Program-made: the position numbers and the translations under genes | Shown here: positions 1 to 12,221 of the stretch, one piece after another | How the letters are laid out: each line of letters opens with the position of its first letter | How positions within the stretch are numbered: position 1 is the first letter of the stretch | Source: an uncultured delta proteobacterium | GTDB taxonomy: Bacteria > Myxococcota_A > Polyangia > Polyangiales > B10-G4 | Assembly (NCBI GenBank): GCA_963727445.1 | Contig: CAVSGI010000010.1 | Location: 128,001-192,000 of the forward strand | Length of the DNA stretch: 64,000 nucleotides | Direction: 5' to 3' | The notes under the pieces: model-generated | What the model saw: the letters and a program-made list of their open reading frames with translations, nothing else | Databases searched by the model: none | What the model was told of the DNA's origin: nothing

Positions 1-666
1 AGCGCCAGCGACCAGGCGGTGCGCGAGGACGTCACGCGCATCCTCGCCCGACCGGAGTTCGTCGAGCTCGCGAGCGACGACGGTCCCGACCTGGACGTGT
101 TTCTTCGCCGACTCCTCGAGTGGCTCTTCGAGCATGCCTCCGAGCGGGGGGCGAACCCCTCCCCCTCCTTCTCACTGCCGATGCCCCCCAGCTGGCTCTT
201 CCTGGTGCTGGGGGGGCTCCTCCTCGCGGTGGTCGTCGTCTATCTCGTCGTCACCCGCAGCACCAAGCGCACGAAGAAGAAGGCGCGCGCCGGTCCCGAA
301 GTGGAGCCGAGCGAGGACCCGCGAGAGCGTGCCCCCGAGGCGCACCTCGACGACGCCGCCATCCTCGCGGGGCAGGGGCGATTCCGCGACGCCTTGCGCT
401 CGCTCTACCTCGCCACGCTGGTCGCGCTCGATCGCCGGCGGTTGATCACCTTCGATCCTTCGCGCACCAATTGGCACTATCTCGGTCAGCTCCCCAACGG
501 CCCGGGGCGTCTCGACTTCTCGCGCTTCACCGAGCTCTTCGACTACAAGTGGTACGGAGAGGAGCCGACCACCGAGGCGGACTATCGCGAGTGTCGCGCG
601 CTCGCCGACCGCATCGTGCAATCGGGTTCCGCGTCGCAGTCCTCGGTGCCGTCGGGGGCGCCGTGA
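1..666 (+). CDS. DUF4129-type membrane protein of a MoxR-associated cluster (reading frame open to the 5' window edge)
   Basis: One TM helix, then 'A..G.FRDALRSLYLATL..LD...T N..Y' and 'F.YKWYG' motifs typical of DUF4129. Its stop overlaps the next gene's start (GTGA, 663-666). Confidence 0.75.
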   Translation, partial: SASDQAVREDVTRILARPEFVELASDDGPDLDVFLRRLLEWLFEHASERGANPSPSFSLPMPPSWLFLVLGGLLLAVVVVYLVVTRSTKRTKKKARAGPEVEPSEDPRERAPEAHLDDAAILAGQGRFRDALRSLYLATLVALDRRRLITFDPSRTNWHYLGQLPNGPGRLDFSRFTELFDYKWYGEEPTTEADYRECRALADRIVQSGSASQSSVPSGAP

Positions 667-1970
667 GCCGGAACGCGATGCGGATCGTGGTGGCGTCGGT
701 CGTGCTCCTCGGGCTCGGCGGCTCGGGCCTCGTCTGCCAGCGCGTCTTCGCCCGCGGTCGCTACGCCGTTCCCTACTCGACCTACGGCGCCGGTCCCGAA
801 GGAGCCAAGGCGCTCTACCTCTATTCGGAAGAAGCCGGCCTCATGTCTCGCCGTTGGGTGCAGGACCTCGAAGGCCTCCCGCCGCACGCCATGGTGGTCG
901 CGATCGGCGGCTGCGATCAGGCCCCCAACAGGCGGCTGTCGCGGTACGAGATCGCCGAGCTCGATCGCTTCGTCGACGCGGGGGGCGTGCTCCTCGTCGC
1001 CGGCGCCTACGACTACTTGTGGGCCGACGCCGGGGTCACGTTGAAGCCGCCGCCCGGCTGCTCCGTCACCGCGAGCCTCGCCGCCCAGCTCGCACGTGCG
1101 GAGCGGGGTGACGACGCCGGCGACGAGTCCGACGAGGACGGCGCCGCGAGCCACGAGCCGACCCCGGCGGAGATGGTCTCGGCGATCCTGGACGAGCCCC
1201 CCGAGGAGCCGCCGGTGATGGTCCAGGGCGAAGGCCTCCTCTCGGGCCTCGGGCCGCTTCCCCTCGAACGACCCGGCACCATCGCCGTGACCGACGCGGA
1301 GGGAGGCGGCGTCGACCCGATCCTGGTCAGTGAAAAGGACGCGGAGCCCGCCGCCGTGCTCGTGCACCGGGGCGAAGGCGCCATCGTCGTCCTCGCGTCG
1401 GCGAGCCTCTTTCAAAATCGTGCGCTCAGCGCTGCCGACGGCGGCGTGGTCTTCGCGCGCCTGGCCCGGGCTCTGGCTCCTCAGGGGCCCCTGCTCTTCG
1501 ACGAGTATCACCTCGGGGTGGGCGAGCGGCGGTCCCTCGGCCGCTACGTCCGCGACATCGGCGGCGGACCCTTCGTCTTGCAGCTCCTGATCGTCGTCGC
1601 CCTCGCGCTCCTCGCCCTCGGCGTGCGTTTCGGACGCCCGATCGAAAAGCGCGCGCCCGTCCCGGGAGGGACCGCTTCGTACGTGGAGGGCGTCGGCGAT
1701 CTCTACGCGCGCACGGATGATGCGCGCGCGGCGCTTTCATTGGTGGCGGTGCAGGGGATTTCGGAGATCGCGGCCCATCACCACCTGACACAGCTCTCGC
1801 CCGAACGGCTCGTCGCCACGTTGGCGGAGCGCGGCGACGACGAGGCCGCAGGCGCCGTGAGCCGGCTGCTGGAACTGACCGCGCTTTCCGAGCTGAAGGG
1901 CCGAAAGCTGGTCGAGGGCATCGGCGAGGTGGACGATCTCGTGACGCTCGCGAAAGGGAACAGAGGATGA
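663..1970 (+). CDS. DUF4350-type membrane protein (MoxR-associated)
   Basis: Likely start is GTG 663 or ATG 678 inside ORF 120..1970. Motifs '[12 protein letters not shown]', '[17 protein letters not shown]' and 'LLFDEYH', plus a C-terminal TM followed by 'RFG'. Lies directly upstream of the MoxR ATPase. Confidence 0.75.
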   Translation: MSRNAMRIVVASVVLLGLGGSGLVCQRVFARGRYAVPYSTYGAGPEGAKALYLYSEEAGLMSRRWVQDLEGLPPHAMVVAIGGCDQAPNRRLSRYEIAELDRFVDAGGVLLVAGAYDYLWADAGVTLKPPPGCSVTASLAAQLARAERGDDAGDESDEDGAASHEPTPAEMVSAILDEPPEEPPVMVQGEGLLSGLGPLPLERPGTIAVTDAEGGGVDPILVSEKDAEPAAVLVHRGEGAIVVLASASLFQNRALSAADGGVVFARLARALAPQGPLLFDEYHLGVGERRSLGRYVRDIGGGPFVLQLLIVVALALLALGVRFGRPIEKRAPVPGGTASYVEGVGDLYARTDDARAALSLVAVQGISEIAAHHHLTQLSPERLVATLAERGDDEAAGAVSRLLELTALSELKGRKLVEGIGEVDDLVTLAKGNRG

Positions 1971-2956
1971 GTGAGCATCAGAGTGCGCCGGTCACCGAGG
2001 CGGAGGTCGCCGAGCTTCGGGCGCTTCGCGACGCGGTGATGACGGAGGTGCGGAAGATCGTGGTGGGCCAGGACCAGGCCCTCGAAGGCCTCTTGATCGC
2101 GTTGATCGCGCAGGGCCACGCGCTCCTCGAGGGTGTCCCCGGAACGGCCAAGACCCTGATGGTCCGGGCGGTGGCCGCGGCCCTGGGGCTCGACTTCGGT
2201 CGCATCCAGTTCACGCCCGACCTGATGCCCTCGGACGTCATCGGCACCAACGTCTTCGATCTGGCGAACGCGCGCTTTCGGCTCACGCGGGGACCGATCT
2301 TCACCGAGCTCCTGTTGGCGGACGAGATCAACCGCGCCCCGGCCAAGACGCAGAGCGCGCTCCTCGAAGCGATGCAGGAGCGTCAGGTGTCGATCGACGG
2401 TGACCGGCACGAGCTCAGCCAGGACTTCACGGTCTTCGCCACCCAGAATCCGGTGGAGCAGGAGGGGACCTATCCGCTCCCGGAGGCGCAGCTCGACCGC
2501 TTCCTGCTCAAGATCCAGGTCGATTACCCGAGCGCCGAGGAGGAGGACCGGATCCTGGAGGGCGGCGCCGCGGGCATCGGCTCGGTGGACGTGCTCTCTG
2601 CGGGCCTCAGGCCGGTCGGCACCCGTGAAGCGGTGCATCGCGCACGCACCATCGCGGGGCGGGTTCGGGTAGAGGAAGACGTGCGGCGCTACGTGCGCGA
2701 CATCGTCCGGGCCACGCGGACTTCGCCGATGATCCTCCTCGGCGCCGGCCCCCGCGCCGGGATCCACCTGATGGTCACGGCCCGCTGCGTGGCGGCGCTC
2801 GAGGGGCGCGCCTTCGTCACGCCCGACGACGTCGTTCGCATGCTCACCCCGGTGGTCTGTCACCGACTCATCCTGGCGCCCGAGGTCGAGCTGGACGGAA
2901 TGAGCGCGGCCGAGGTGGTGGACCGCATCTCCTCCACGGTGGAGGTTCCGCGTTGA
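1967..2956 (+). CDS. moxR: MoxR-family AAA+ ATPase
   Basis: Walker [21 protein letters not shown], Walker [46 protein letters not shown]. Confidence 0.95.
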   Translation: MSEHQSAPVTEAEVAELRALRDAVMTEVRKIVVGQDQALEGLLIALIAQGHALLEGVPGTAKTLMVRAVAAALGLDFGRIQFTPDLMPSDVIGTNVFDLANARFRLTRGPIFTELLLADEINRAPAKTQSALLEAMQERQVSIDGDRHELSQDFTVFATQNPVEQEGTYPLPEAQLDRFLLKIQVDYPSAEEEDRILEGGAAGIGSVDVLSAGLRPVGTREAVHRARTIAGRVRVEEDVRRYVRDIVRATRTSPMILLGAGPRAGIHLMVTARCVAALEGRAFVTPDDVVRMLTPVVCHRLILAPEVELDGMSAAEVVDRISSTVEVPR

Positions 2957-4295
2957 AGAAGCGCGTGCGCTGGGCGCTGGGCCGGCGCCTCCCGCTCCTC
3001 GCGGGGCTGGGGCTTCCTGTCGCGCTCCTCGACGGGGGCTCGGGCCTCGGCCTGCTCACCGCGCTGGCCTTCGACGGCGCGCTCATCCTCGGCGCGGCCG
3101 CTGAAGCGCGCCGGCTCGCGCGTCGTGCGCCCGAGATCGAGCGCGACATCGGCGGGCGGTTGGTGGTGGGCATCCCCAACGAGATCGGCATCGAGCTTCA
3201 CAACCCGACCGCCCAGAGCGTGACCCTGCGCATTAGAGACGACCTGCCCGCGGGCTGGGAAGCGGAGCCGTCTGAGCTGGCGATCACCATGCCGCCGCAT
3301 GCGCGGCGGCGGCTGAGCTACACCGTCGTTCCCCCCGAGCGCGGCCGCGTGGAGCTCGGCGACCTGCACGTGCGCATCGACGGGCGAGCCCGACTCGGGG
3401 CCGCGATCATCGACACGGAGGCGCGCGCAGAGGCGCGCGTCTATCCGAACATCCTCGGCGCCCAGCGCTACGAGCTCGCGGCGCACCTCGGCGACCTGAG
3501 ACACGTCGGATTCCGCGAGATCCGCCGCGCCGGTGGCGGAGGCGAGTTCGAGCAGCTCCGCGAGTACGTCGACGGCGACTCCCTGAGGGACATCGACTGG
3601 AAGTCCACCGCGAAGCGCCGGCGGCCCATCACCCGCACCTATCAGCAGGAACGGAGCCAGCAGGTGATCGTCGCCCTGGACACGGGACGTCTGATGGCGA
3701 CGCGCCTGACCGACGAGTCCGAGGGGAAGACCGCCATCTCCAAGCTCGACCACGCCATCAACGCTGCGCTGCTCATCGCCTGGGTCGCGCTCAAGAAGGG
3801 CGACCGGGTCGGGCTGATCGTCTTTTCCGACGTGGTGCATCGCTTCGTGCCGCCGAAGCGTGGGCCGGGTCAGTACCGCGCCATCCTCGAAGCGCTCTAC
3901 GACGCCAAGGCCTCGCCCACCTACGTGGATTTTCGGCGCCTGGTGGAGTTCGTGAAGCTCCGGGTTCCCAAGCGTGCGCTCTTGATGCTCTTCAGCGATC
4001 TGGTGGACGAGACGCAGGCCGGCGCCCTGGTCGAGCACGTGCCTCTGCTCCGGCGAAAGCACTTGCCGGTGTGCATCACCATGGAGGACCGGATCGCGCT
4101 CGACATCGCAGCGACACCGGTCACCTCGCGCGCCGGCGCCTACCGGCGGGCGGCGGCGGCCGACGTGCTCGCCGAGCGTCGGATGATCGAGGCGCGTCTC
4201 CGGAAGAACGCGATCGATCTGGTGGAGGCTCCTCCGGGTGGGCTCTCCATCGCGGCGGTCAACAAGTACCTGGAGATCAAGGCGAGGAATCGGCT

Positions 4296-4299
<4 letters not shown>
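2953..4299 (+). CDS. DUF58 / VWA-like MoxR partner protein
   Basis: '[26 protein letters not shown]', '[11 protein letters not shown]', 'LFSDL'. Overlaps the moxR stop. Confidence 0.9.
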
Positions 4300-6151
<1,852 letters not shown>

Positions 6152-6261
6152 GCGGGAAACTTATCACCCCCCAGGGCGTCGGACAGCACGGGGTTTTGCC
6201 CCGCCCAATTGCGCCGATGCTCAGGTGGTCACAGCAAGAGATGGCTCTACAATCACCGGCG

Positions 6262-9213
6262 ATGACGACCCGCCGTATTTTCTTCGTCGCCAGCCTCTGC
6301 TTCGCGCTCAGCTGCGGCGGCTCGCAGAGCGCCACGCACAATTCCGGCGAAGGGGAAGGGCCCGAGACCGCCCAGAACGAAGGGACTGAGGACGTCCACG
6401 GCCACGGCGAGACCATCCTTCCCGCCCTCGATCCGGACTCCCTGGCCGAGGAGGTGGAGAGACCGCCCGCGCACGAAGGGCCGGCGCCGTCGATCGCGAC
6501 CCTCGACGAGGCCGAAGAGGCGCTCTCCCACGGGTGGTACGCGGAGACCGAGCGCTTTCTTCGAGGCGCTCTGAACGGCTCCGAGGCGGCGCGCGCGCAC
6601 ATGAGCCTGGCCCACGTGCTCCTCGAGACCGGGCGCTACGAGGAGGCGGAGCGTGAAGCCGGTGAAGCGGCGCGGAGCGCGCCCCTGCGTGTGGAGGCGG
6701 AGACGCTGAAAGGCGAGGCGCTCTCGCTGCGCGGCCGCCTCGACGACGCGGAGCGCGTCCTCGGCGCCATCGCGCGCGAGCCGGGCGCCCATCGGGCCAA
6801 CGCGCTCCTCGGCCGGCTTCTGCTTCGCCGCGGCCGTTCGGTGGAAGCGCAGCCGGTCTTCATGCGGCTGATCAACGCCTACAACGACAGGAGCATCGGG
6901 GACGACGACGCAGCGGGGCTTTCCTACGTGGCCATCGCGGCTTGGGGGCTCGGGAGCTTTCAGGACGCGAACGACGCGTTCCGCGATTCGGCGCGCGCCG
7001 ACCCCCATCGCGTCGAGACGCAGATCGAGTGGGCGGCGATGTTCCTCGAGAAGTACGACGCCGGCCACGCCGAAGAGAGCATTCGCGATGCCTTCGCCCA
7101 GAACCCCAACTCGGCGCGCGCACACGCGCTGATGGCGCGGATTCGGATCGAGCAGCGCTTCGACTTCGCGGCGGCGACTGCGTACTCCGAGCGCGCGCTC
7201 GAGATCGACCCGGGCCTCACCATGCCGCACGTGACGCTGGCGGGCATGTCGCTCCGCGACATGGACTTCACGGGGGCCGACGAGCAACTGGATCAGGCGC
7301 TGGCGATCGATCCGAACGACCTCGAGGCGCTCTCGGTGCGGGGGGCGGTGCGCTTCCTCGCGGACGACACGCCGGGCTTCGAAGCGGCCAAGCGCGAGGT
7401 GTTCGCGCGCAACCGCACCTTCAGCCGCTTCTACACCATCGTCGCCGAGTACGCCGACTGGGAGCACCGCTATCCGGAGATCGTGTCGATGGCCCGCGAG
7501 GCTGTCGCGCTCAATCCCTCCGATGCCTTCGCCCACGCCACCCTCGGGCTGAACCTGCTCCGCATGGGCGACGAAGAAGCGGGCCTCGCGGCGCTTCGTG
7601 ACGCGTGGCAGCGCGATCACTTCAACGTTCACGTCTACAACACGCTCAACCTCTACGACGACGTCATCGCGCACGAGTACGAGAGCTTCCAGGCGGCGCC
7701 CTTCACCTTTCGGATGAACAAAGAGGAGCGCCCGCTCCTCGAGCACCTGGTGCCGCCGACGCTCCAGGGCGCCTACCGCGACATGGTGCGGCGTTATCAC
7801 TTCACGCCGCGCGGGCCATTGCGCATCGAGCTCTTCGCCAATCCTCAGCACTTCGCCATCCGCACCACCGGGCTTCCCAATCTGGGCGTGCAGGGAGTCT
7901 GCTTCGGCAAGGTGGTCACCGCCCTGTCGCCCCGTGGCGGGCAGTTCAACTGGGGGCAGATCACCTGGCACGAGCTGGCCCACATCTTTCACATCCAGCT
8001 CAGCCACAACCACGTGCCGCGCTGGTTCACGGAGGGGCTCGCCGAGTACGAGACGATCATCGCGCGCCCCGAGTGGCGCCGCGAAGAGGACCACAACCTC
8101 TATCGAGCGATCACCTCGGGGAGCCTGCCCCCGCTTCGGCTGATGAACCGCGCGTTCACCCATGCGCGCTCTGCGCAGGACATGATGAACGCCTACTACG
8201 CGAGCTCTCAGGTCGTGAAGTACATCGCGGAGCACCACGGCTTCGACGACCTGGTCGCGATGTTGCGCGAGTGGGGCGCGGGGCGTCCCACGGCCGAGGT
8301 CGTTCAGCGCGCGCTCGGGATCAGCATCGACCAGCTCGACCGCGATTTCCGCGAAGACACGCTGAGGCGCCTGTCGGCGCGTGGAAGCGATTTCGGGGTG
8401 GACTTCGCCCAGTACCGCGACGTTCGCGGGCTCAACGAAGCCGCCGAGCAGAACCCGAACGACGCGGCGGCACAGGCCGCGCTCGCTGCGGGCCTCTTGG
8501 TGAGCGGTCAGATGGAGCAGGCCCAGGAGGCCGCCGGTCGCGCCATCGCGCACGACACCAACGAGCCGGTGGCGCGTTACGTGATGGCGATGATCGCCAT
8601 GAGCCAGGGCGACCCCGACGGGGCCGAGCAGCACCTGCGCGCCATCCTCGCCGGCGGCAAGGACGGCTACGACATTCGCGTCATGCTCGCGCGGGTCGCT
8701 GCCACGCGTCAGGACCAGGCGGGGATGCGCGACGAGCTCGAGGCCGCGACGCGCATCGATCCGGAGCGCGCGGAGGCCTGGCGGGGCCTTCTGGCATATG
8801 CCGAACGCGCATCGGATGACGCCCTCGCCGCGCGCGCCCTCGAGCGCGTGGCCCACATCGAGCAGCACGATCGCGGCGCGTGGGTCGCTTGGATCGACGT
8901 CTTGGCCGAGCAGCAGAAGTGGCAGGAGCTCGCCGCCGAGGCCGAGAGCGCGCAGTTCGTCGCGCCGGAGAGCACCGACGTCCATCGCCTGCTCGGCGTG
9001 GCGCGCCTCGAGCTCGGCCAGCCGGAGCAGGCGCTCGCCGCCTTCGACCTCGCCCTCCTCACCTCGCCGGAGCACCCGGGGCCGATCCACATGGGGCGCG
9101 CGCGCGCCCTCGCGGCGCTCCACCGGACGGCGGAAGCGCGGCGCGCCGTCGAGGAAGCGGTGCGCCACGACGCGAGCCTGGCCGATCAGGCGCCGGATCT
9201 CGGCGGCCATTGA
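6262..9213 (+). CDS. Large TPR lipoprotein with a central gluzincin (peptidase MA-like) metalloprotease domain
   Basis: Lipobox-like 'FALSC', many TPR-like helices, HELAH followed by 'PRWFTEGLAE'. Alternative start ATG 6241. Confidence 0.8.
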   Translation: MTTRRIFFVASLCFALSCGGSQSATHNSGEGEGPETAQNEGTEDVHGHGETILPALDPDSLAEEVERPPAHEGPAPSIATLDEAEEALSHGWYAETERFLRGALNGSEAARAHMSLAHVLLETGRYEEAEREAGEAARSAPLRVEAETLKGEALSLRGRLDDAERVLGAIAREPGAHRANALLGRLLLRRGRSVEAQPVFMRLINAYNDRSIGDDDAAGLSYVAIAAWGLGSFQDANDAFRDSARADPHRVETQIEWAAMFLEKYDAGHAEESIRDAFAQNPNSARAHALMARIRIEQRFDFAAATAYSERALEIDPGLTMPHVTLAGMSLRDMDFTGADEQLDQALAIDPNDLEALSVRGAVRFLADDTPGFEAAKREVFARNRTFSRFYTIVAEYADWEHRYPEIVSMAREAVALNPSDAFAHATLGLNLLRMGDEEAGLAALRDAWQRDHFNVHVYNTLNLYDDVIAHEYESFQAAPFTFRMNKEERPLLEHLVPPTLQGAYRDMVRRYHFTPRGPLRIELFANPQHFAIRTTGLPNLGVQGVCFGKVVTALSPRGGQFNWGQITWHELAHIFHIQLSHNHVPRWFTEGLAEYETIIARPEWRREEDHNLYRAITSGSLPPLRLMNRAFTHARSAQDMMNAYYASSQVVKYIAEHHGFDDLVAMLREWGAGRPTAEVVQRALGISIDQLDRDFREDTLRRLSARGSDFGVDFAQYRDVRGLNEAAEQNPNDAAAQAALAAGLLVSGQMEQAQEAAGRAIAHDTNEPVARYVMAMIAMSQGDPDGAEQHLRAILAGGKDGYDIRVMLARVAATRQDQAGMRDELEAATRIDPERAEAWRGLLAYAERASDDALAARALERVAHIEQHDRGAWVAWIDVLAEQQKWQELAAEAESAQFVAPESTDVHRLLGVARLELGQPEQALAAFDLALLTSPEHPGPIHMGRARALAALHRTAEARRAVEEAVRHDASLADQAPDLGGH

Positions 9214-9216
9214 CGC

Positions 9217-9558
9217 GTGGAGGAGGCTGCCGAAGAGCTCCCGGAGTGTCTGAGCTGCGGCGCGTGCTGCTTTGCGGACCTGCCTCACTACGTGCGCGTC
9301 AGCGGCGACGACTATGCACGGCTCGGCGAAGACGCCGAGCGCCTCACCACCTGGCGTGAGAATCAGGCGTTCATGCGCATGGAGGCGGGGCACTGCGCGG
9401 CGCTCGCGCTCCGGCCAGGCGCCGCTCCCTTCGCCTGCACCGTTTACGAACGACGCCCCGCGATCTGTCGGCAACTCGAACGCGGAAGCCCCGCCTGCCG
9501 CGCCGAGCGCCACGCCAAGTCCACCCGCGCCCTCCACGTCTTGGGGACGCTAGATTGA
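9217..9558 (+). CDS. YkgJ-family CxxCxxCC cysteine-cluster protein
   Basis: CLSCGACC ... HCAAL ... CTVYERRPAICR. Confidence 0.85.
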   Translation: MEEAAEELPECLSCGACCFADLPHYVRVSGDDYARLGEDAERLTTWRENQAFMRMEAGHCAALALRPGAAPFACTVYERRPAICRQLERGSPACRAERHAKSTRALHVLGTLD

Positions 9559-9685
9559 CAATTGACTTTCGCGAGCGGGCGCCTTGGGGACGATCTGCCG
9601 CGTTCGTTGGGGGCGAAAGTCAATTGTCAATCTAGCGTCCCCCCACCCGTTGGGGGCGAAAGTCAATTGTCAATCTAGCGTCCCC
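9543..9685. repeat. Three copies of a 30-bp REP-like element GGGGACGCTAGATTGACAATTGACTTTCGC
   Basis: Forward copy at 9543-9572. Exact reverse-complement copies at 9613-9642 and 9656-9685. Confidence 0.9.
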
Positions 9686-10727
9686 TCAGCACTATGCGTG
9701 TGAGCTCGATCGTTGGGGACTCCTCTCGACGGGCGCCGAGACCGAGCGCGTCCAGGACCTCCCATCGGATCGCGCGGAGGTTCAGCGTGACCACCACCTC
9801 GCCGCTGGCGTCCGCCGGCAGGGGGACGCGCGCCTCACGCACCTCTCCCGAAGCGAGGCTTCGGTTCGTGACCGTGTCTGCGTCGGTGAGGAGCGCGACC
9901 GGCTCTCCGTCGCGGGTGGGCAGGGAGCCGAGCTCGAGCGCGCGCGCCTCCCAGGGGCCGGCGGAGACGTCGACCCAGAGATCGCGCAGGAACGCAGCGC
10001 CCGTCGGAACAGCGTGTCCAGTGCCCAGATTTTCGAGCGTCACAACGACCTCGCCCTCTTCGAGGCGCGCGTCGAGCGCGAGCGCTTCCTCCATCAGCGC
10101 GCGCGTGTCCTCGCGCGCGCGTGCCTGCGCGTCCGGGGCCGCGTCCCAGGCGGGATCGATCCCGACGAAGCGGTGCTCGCCGTCACGCATGTGACAGGTC
10201 GCGCAACCGATGCCCGCCGCCCCGAGGGCGCTCCCCTGGTACTCGCTCAGGGTGGGCTCGTCCAAGAGCCCGGGGCTCGTCACCTCGTGGCAGGTCCCGC
10301 AGAGCGATGGCGAGGTGAGAAAGCCGGTGGTGCGGATCTGGTGCGCCTCGGTCTCCCCCTCGCCCCGCGGTCCGGCGAGGGGCGCTTCGAGATCGACGCG
10401 CAGCCTCCCGTCCCGCGTGCCCGTGTTGCCCGTCGCGGCGTGGCAGGTCACGCAGCCGACGCCCAGGTCGCCCCCGTGATCGGGTTGATGACATCGCACG
10501 CACGCGTCCGCCGCGCGCGCGCCCCAGTCGGCGCGCGCCCGCTCCACCAGCGCCTCGAAGACCGGCGAGATGCCGCTGGTCGCATGCGCGCTCGACGACC
10601 ACGCCTGATACTCGGCCTCGTGGCAGCCGGAACAGCTCGCCGCGTCGGTGCCATAGGGAAGGGCGGCGCTTTCGGGCGCGGTGCACGCGCCAGCGAGAAC
10701 GAGCGCGACGGCGCAGAGGGCGCGCAT
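9675..10727 (-). CDS. Pentaheme c-type cytochrome lipoprotein (cytochrome c554-like N-terminus)
   Basis: Start ATG 10727 (MRALCAVALVLAGAC, lipobox). Five CxxCH motifs: CSGCH, CVRCH, CVTCH, CGTCH, CATCH. C-terminal 'NLGTGHAVPTG' motif. Confidence 0.85.
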   Translation of the reverse strand: MRALCAVALVLAGACTAPESAALPYGTDAASCSGCHEAEYQAWSSSAHATSGISPVFEALVERARADWGARAADACVRCHQPDHGGDLGVGCVTCHAATGNTGTRDGRLRVDLEAPLAGPRGEGETEAHQIRTTGFLTSPSLCGTCHEVTSPGLLDEPTLSEYQGSALGAAGIGCATCHMRDGEHRFVGIDPAWDAAPDAQARAREDTRALMEEALALDARLEEGEVVVTLENLGTGHAVPTGAAFLRDLWVDVSAGPWEARALELGSLPTRDGEPVALLTDADTVTNRSLASGEVREARVPLPADASGEVVVTLNLRAIRWEVLDALGLGARREESPTIELTRIVLRGR

Positions 10728-11338
10728 CAGAGACTGAAGTGCACCTGGGTGCCGACCATGGCCTGCACCAAGCCGAAGGTGGCGTACTCCTCGCTCACCT
10801 CGCCGGTCCAACCCTGCGAGCTGCGATCGTGGCCGAGATACGCGGTGGCCTGCACGTCGACGAAGAACGAGAAGTGGCGAAAGGGAGACCACTCGGCGCC
10901 CGCACCTCCGTGGATCCCGAAGAGCACGTCGTCGGCGCGTGGCGCACCTTCCTCTGCTGGCTCGATCAGGCTGAAGACCGCGCAGAAGCCGAAGAGCGGG
11001 CGAATGCGGAAGTTGTCGCTGAGGCGGATGGGCACGTAGAGGTTGAAGCCGATCGGATAGTCGTGGCGAAACCCGCCGCCTGCGTTGTCGACAATCAGCG
11101 CCTCGCCGAAGAGGTCGACGCCCAACAGGTCGAAGGGCTCCCAGCGGACGCGTCCACCGACGCCCACCCCGGCATAGGCGCCCAGCCATCCGGTTCCGTA
11201 GAACCCGACGGCCAGGTTTTCGTCGAAGGTCTGTCGGGGGGCGGGCTGTGCGGGCTGTGCGGGCGCTTGCTGCGCCTGGGCGGCGCTCGCCATCAGGGTG
11301 GTGAGGAGGAGGGCGGCGAAGATAGAGATGCGAGTCAT
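10727..11338 (-). CDS. Exported small outer-membrane beta-barrel-like protein
   Basis: Signal peptide MTRISIFAALLLTTLMASAAQA, alternating amphipathic strands, near-terminal aromatic (QVHFSL). Stop overlaps the cytochrome start (TGATG). Confidence 0.65.
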   Translation of the reverse strand: MTRISIFAALLLTTLMASAAQAQQAPAQPAQPAPRQTFDENLAVGFYGTGWLGAYAGVGVGGRVRWEPFDLLGVDLFGEALIVDNAGGGFRHDYPIGFNLYVPIRLSDNFRIRPLFGFCAVFSLIEPAEEGAPRADDVLFGIHGGAGAEWSPFRHFSFFVDVQATAYLGHDRSSQGWTGEVSEEYATFGLVQAMVGTQVHFSL

Positions 11339-11387
11339 GGCCGTGCGTGGGCGCAGCCGGACCCCTTTCTGAGATTTTTTTTCCCTC

Positions 11388-12221
11388 TCAGGGCCGCGCC
11401 AGGATCCGCTCGAGGCGCCGGACCTGGCTCGAGCCCGGATGTGCTTGCCGAAAGCGCGCCGCTCGGGCCTCGGCCTCCGCCCGCCGTCCCAGCCGGAGGA
11501 GCGCATCGACCGCCAGCACCTCGCGCTCCTGAGCGAGGGCCCCGGAGGGGTAGAGCCGGGCGTGCTCCTCCGTGAGGGCGAGCGCCTGGCGGGGGGAGGC
11601 GGGGAGGATGTCCTGGGCCTGCCGAAGAAGGTCGAGCTCGGAGGTCGGAGGCGGACTCGGGGACGGACTTGGAGACGGCGACGGAGACGGAGACGGAGAC
11701 GGACTCGGAGACGGAGACGGCGACGGAGACGGAGACGGAGACGGAGACGGACTCGGAGACGGAGACGGACTCGGAGACGGCGACGGCGATGGCAACAACC
11801 CCTCCAATTCCCCCTCTGTCGATGCGTCGACACCTTCGCCGACCGCCGGTGTCGCTCCGCCGTCACCCATCATTTCCCCTGCATCTACAGGCCATTGGCG
11901 GGGTCGGGCGCGCCAATCTTCGACGACGGCCCAGGTGCCGAGGGTGGAGATCAGGAGGGTACCGCCGACGAGGAAGAGCACGGTCTTCGTGCCGGTGGTC
12001 ATGCCGGTCGCGGCCGCCGCGGCCCCGGCGCCGGCCTTCCCGCCGCCTGCCGCAGCGGCTGCACCACCCCCACCGCCGCCACCGAGGAGGGGTCCCAACT
12101 TGGCGGCCACAGCGGCCAACTGCGCTTCGGTCGGTACCTCTTCACGGGCCTCTCGGAGGGCCTCGGCCACCCCCTCGGGGGCGTCCGGGTCGTCGGTCCA
12201 TCGGCGTGGATCGTCGCTCAT
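11388..12221 (-). CDS. Putative anti-sigma factor: N-terminal cytoplasmic segment, TM, (SP)n linker, C-terminal TPR-like domain
   Basis: Overlaps the ECF sigma stop (ATGA). C-terminus 'ELDLLRQAQ..L...P.QALAL..EH...YP.G.L.QERE' is typical of myxobacterial ECF partners. Confidence 0.7.
   Translation of the reverse strand: MSDDPRRWTDDPDAPEGVAEALREAREEVPTEAQLAAVAAKLGPLLGGGGGGGAAAAAGGGKAGAGAAAAATGMTTGTKTVLFLVGGTLLISTLGTWAVVEDWRARPRQWPVDAGEMMGDGGATPAVGEGVDASTEGELEGLLPSPSPSPSPSPSPSPSPSPSPSPSPSPSPSPSPSPSPSPSPSPSPSPPPTSELDLLRQAQDILPASPRQALALTEEHARLYPSGALAQEREVLAVDALLRLGRRAEAEARAARFRQAHPGSSQVRRLERILARP
11655..11790. repeat. Imperfect (GGAGAC)n hexamer tandem repeat encoding (SP)n
   Basis: Directly visible tandem hexamers; boundaries approximate. 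Confidence 0.9.

Noticed and set aside
120..662. N-terminal extensions on ORF-track calls (120..1970, 4071..5489, 16173..17363, 9675..11189, 30431..32464)
   Set aside because: The extensions overlap upstream genes in another frame. True starts coincide with stop/start overlaps at 663, 4296, 16746, 10727 and 31423.
6253..9537. 1094-aa minus-strand ORF
   Set aside because: Antisense shadow of the TPR/peptidase gene. It has no recognisable motifs, and long stop-free shadows are expected in high-GC coding DNA.
9543..9685. Possible mini-CRISPR array
   Set aside because: Copies are in mixed orientation, the gap between the direct copies is only about 5-13 nt, and there are no cas genes in the window.
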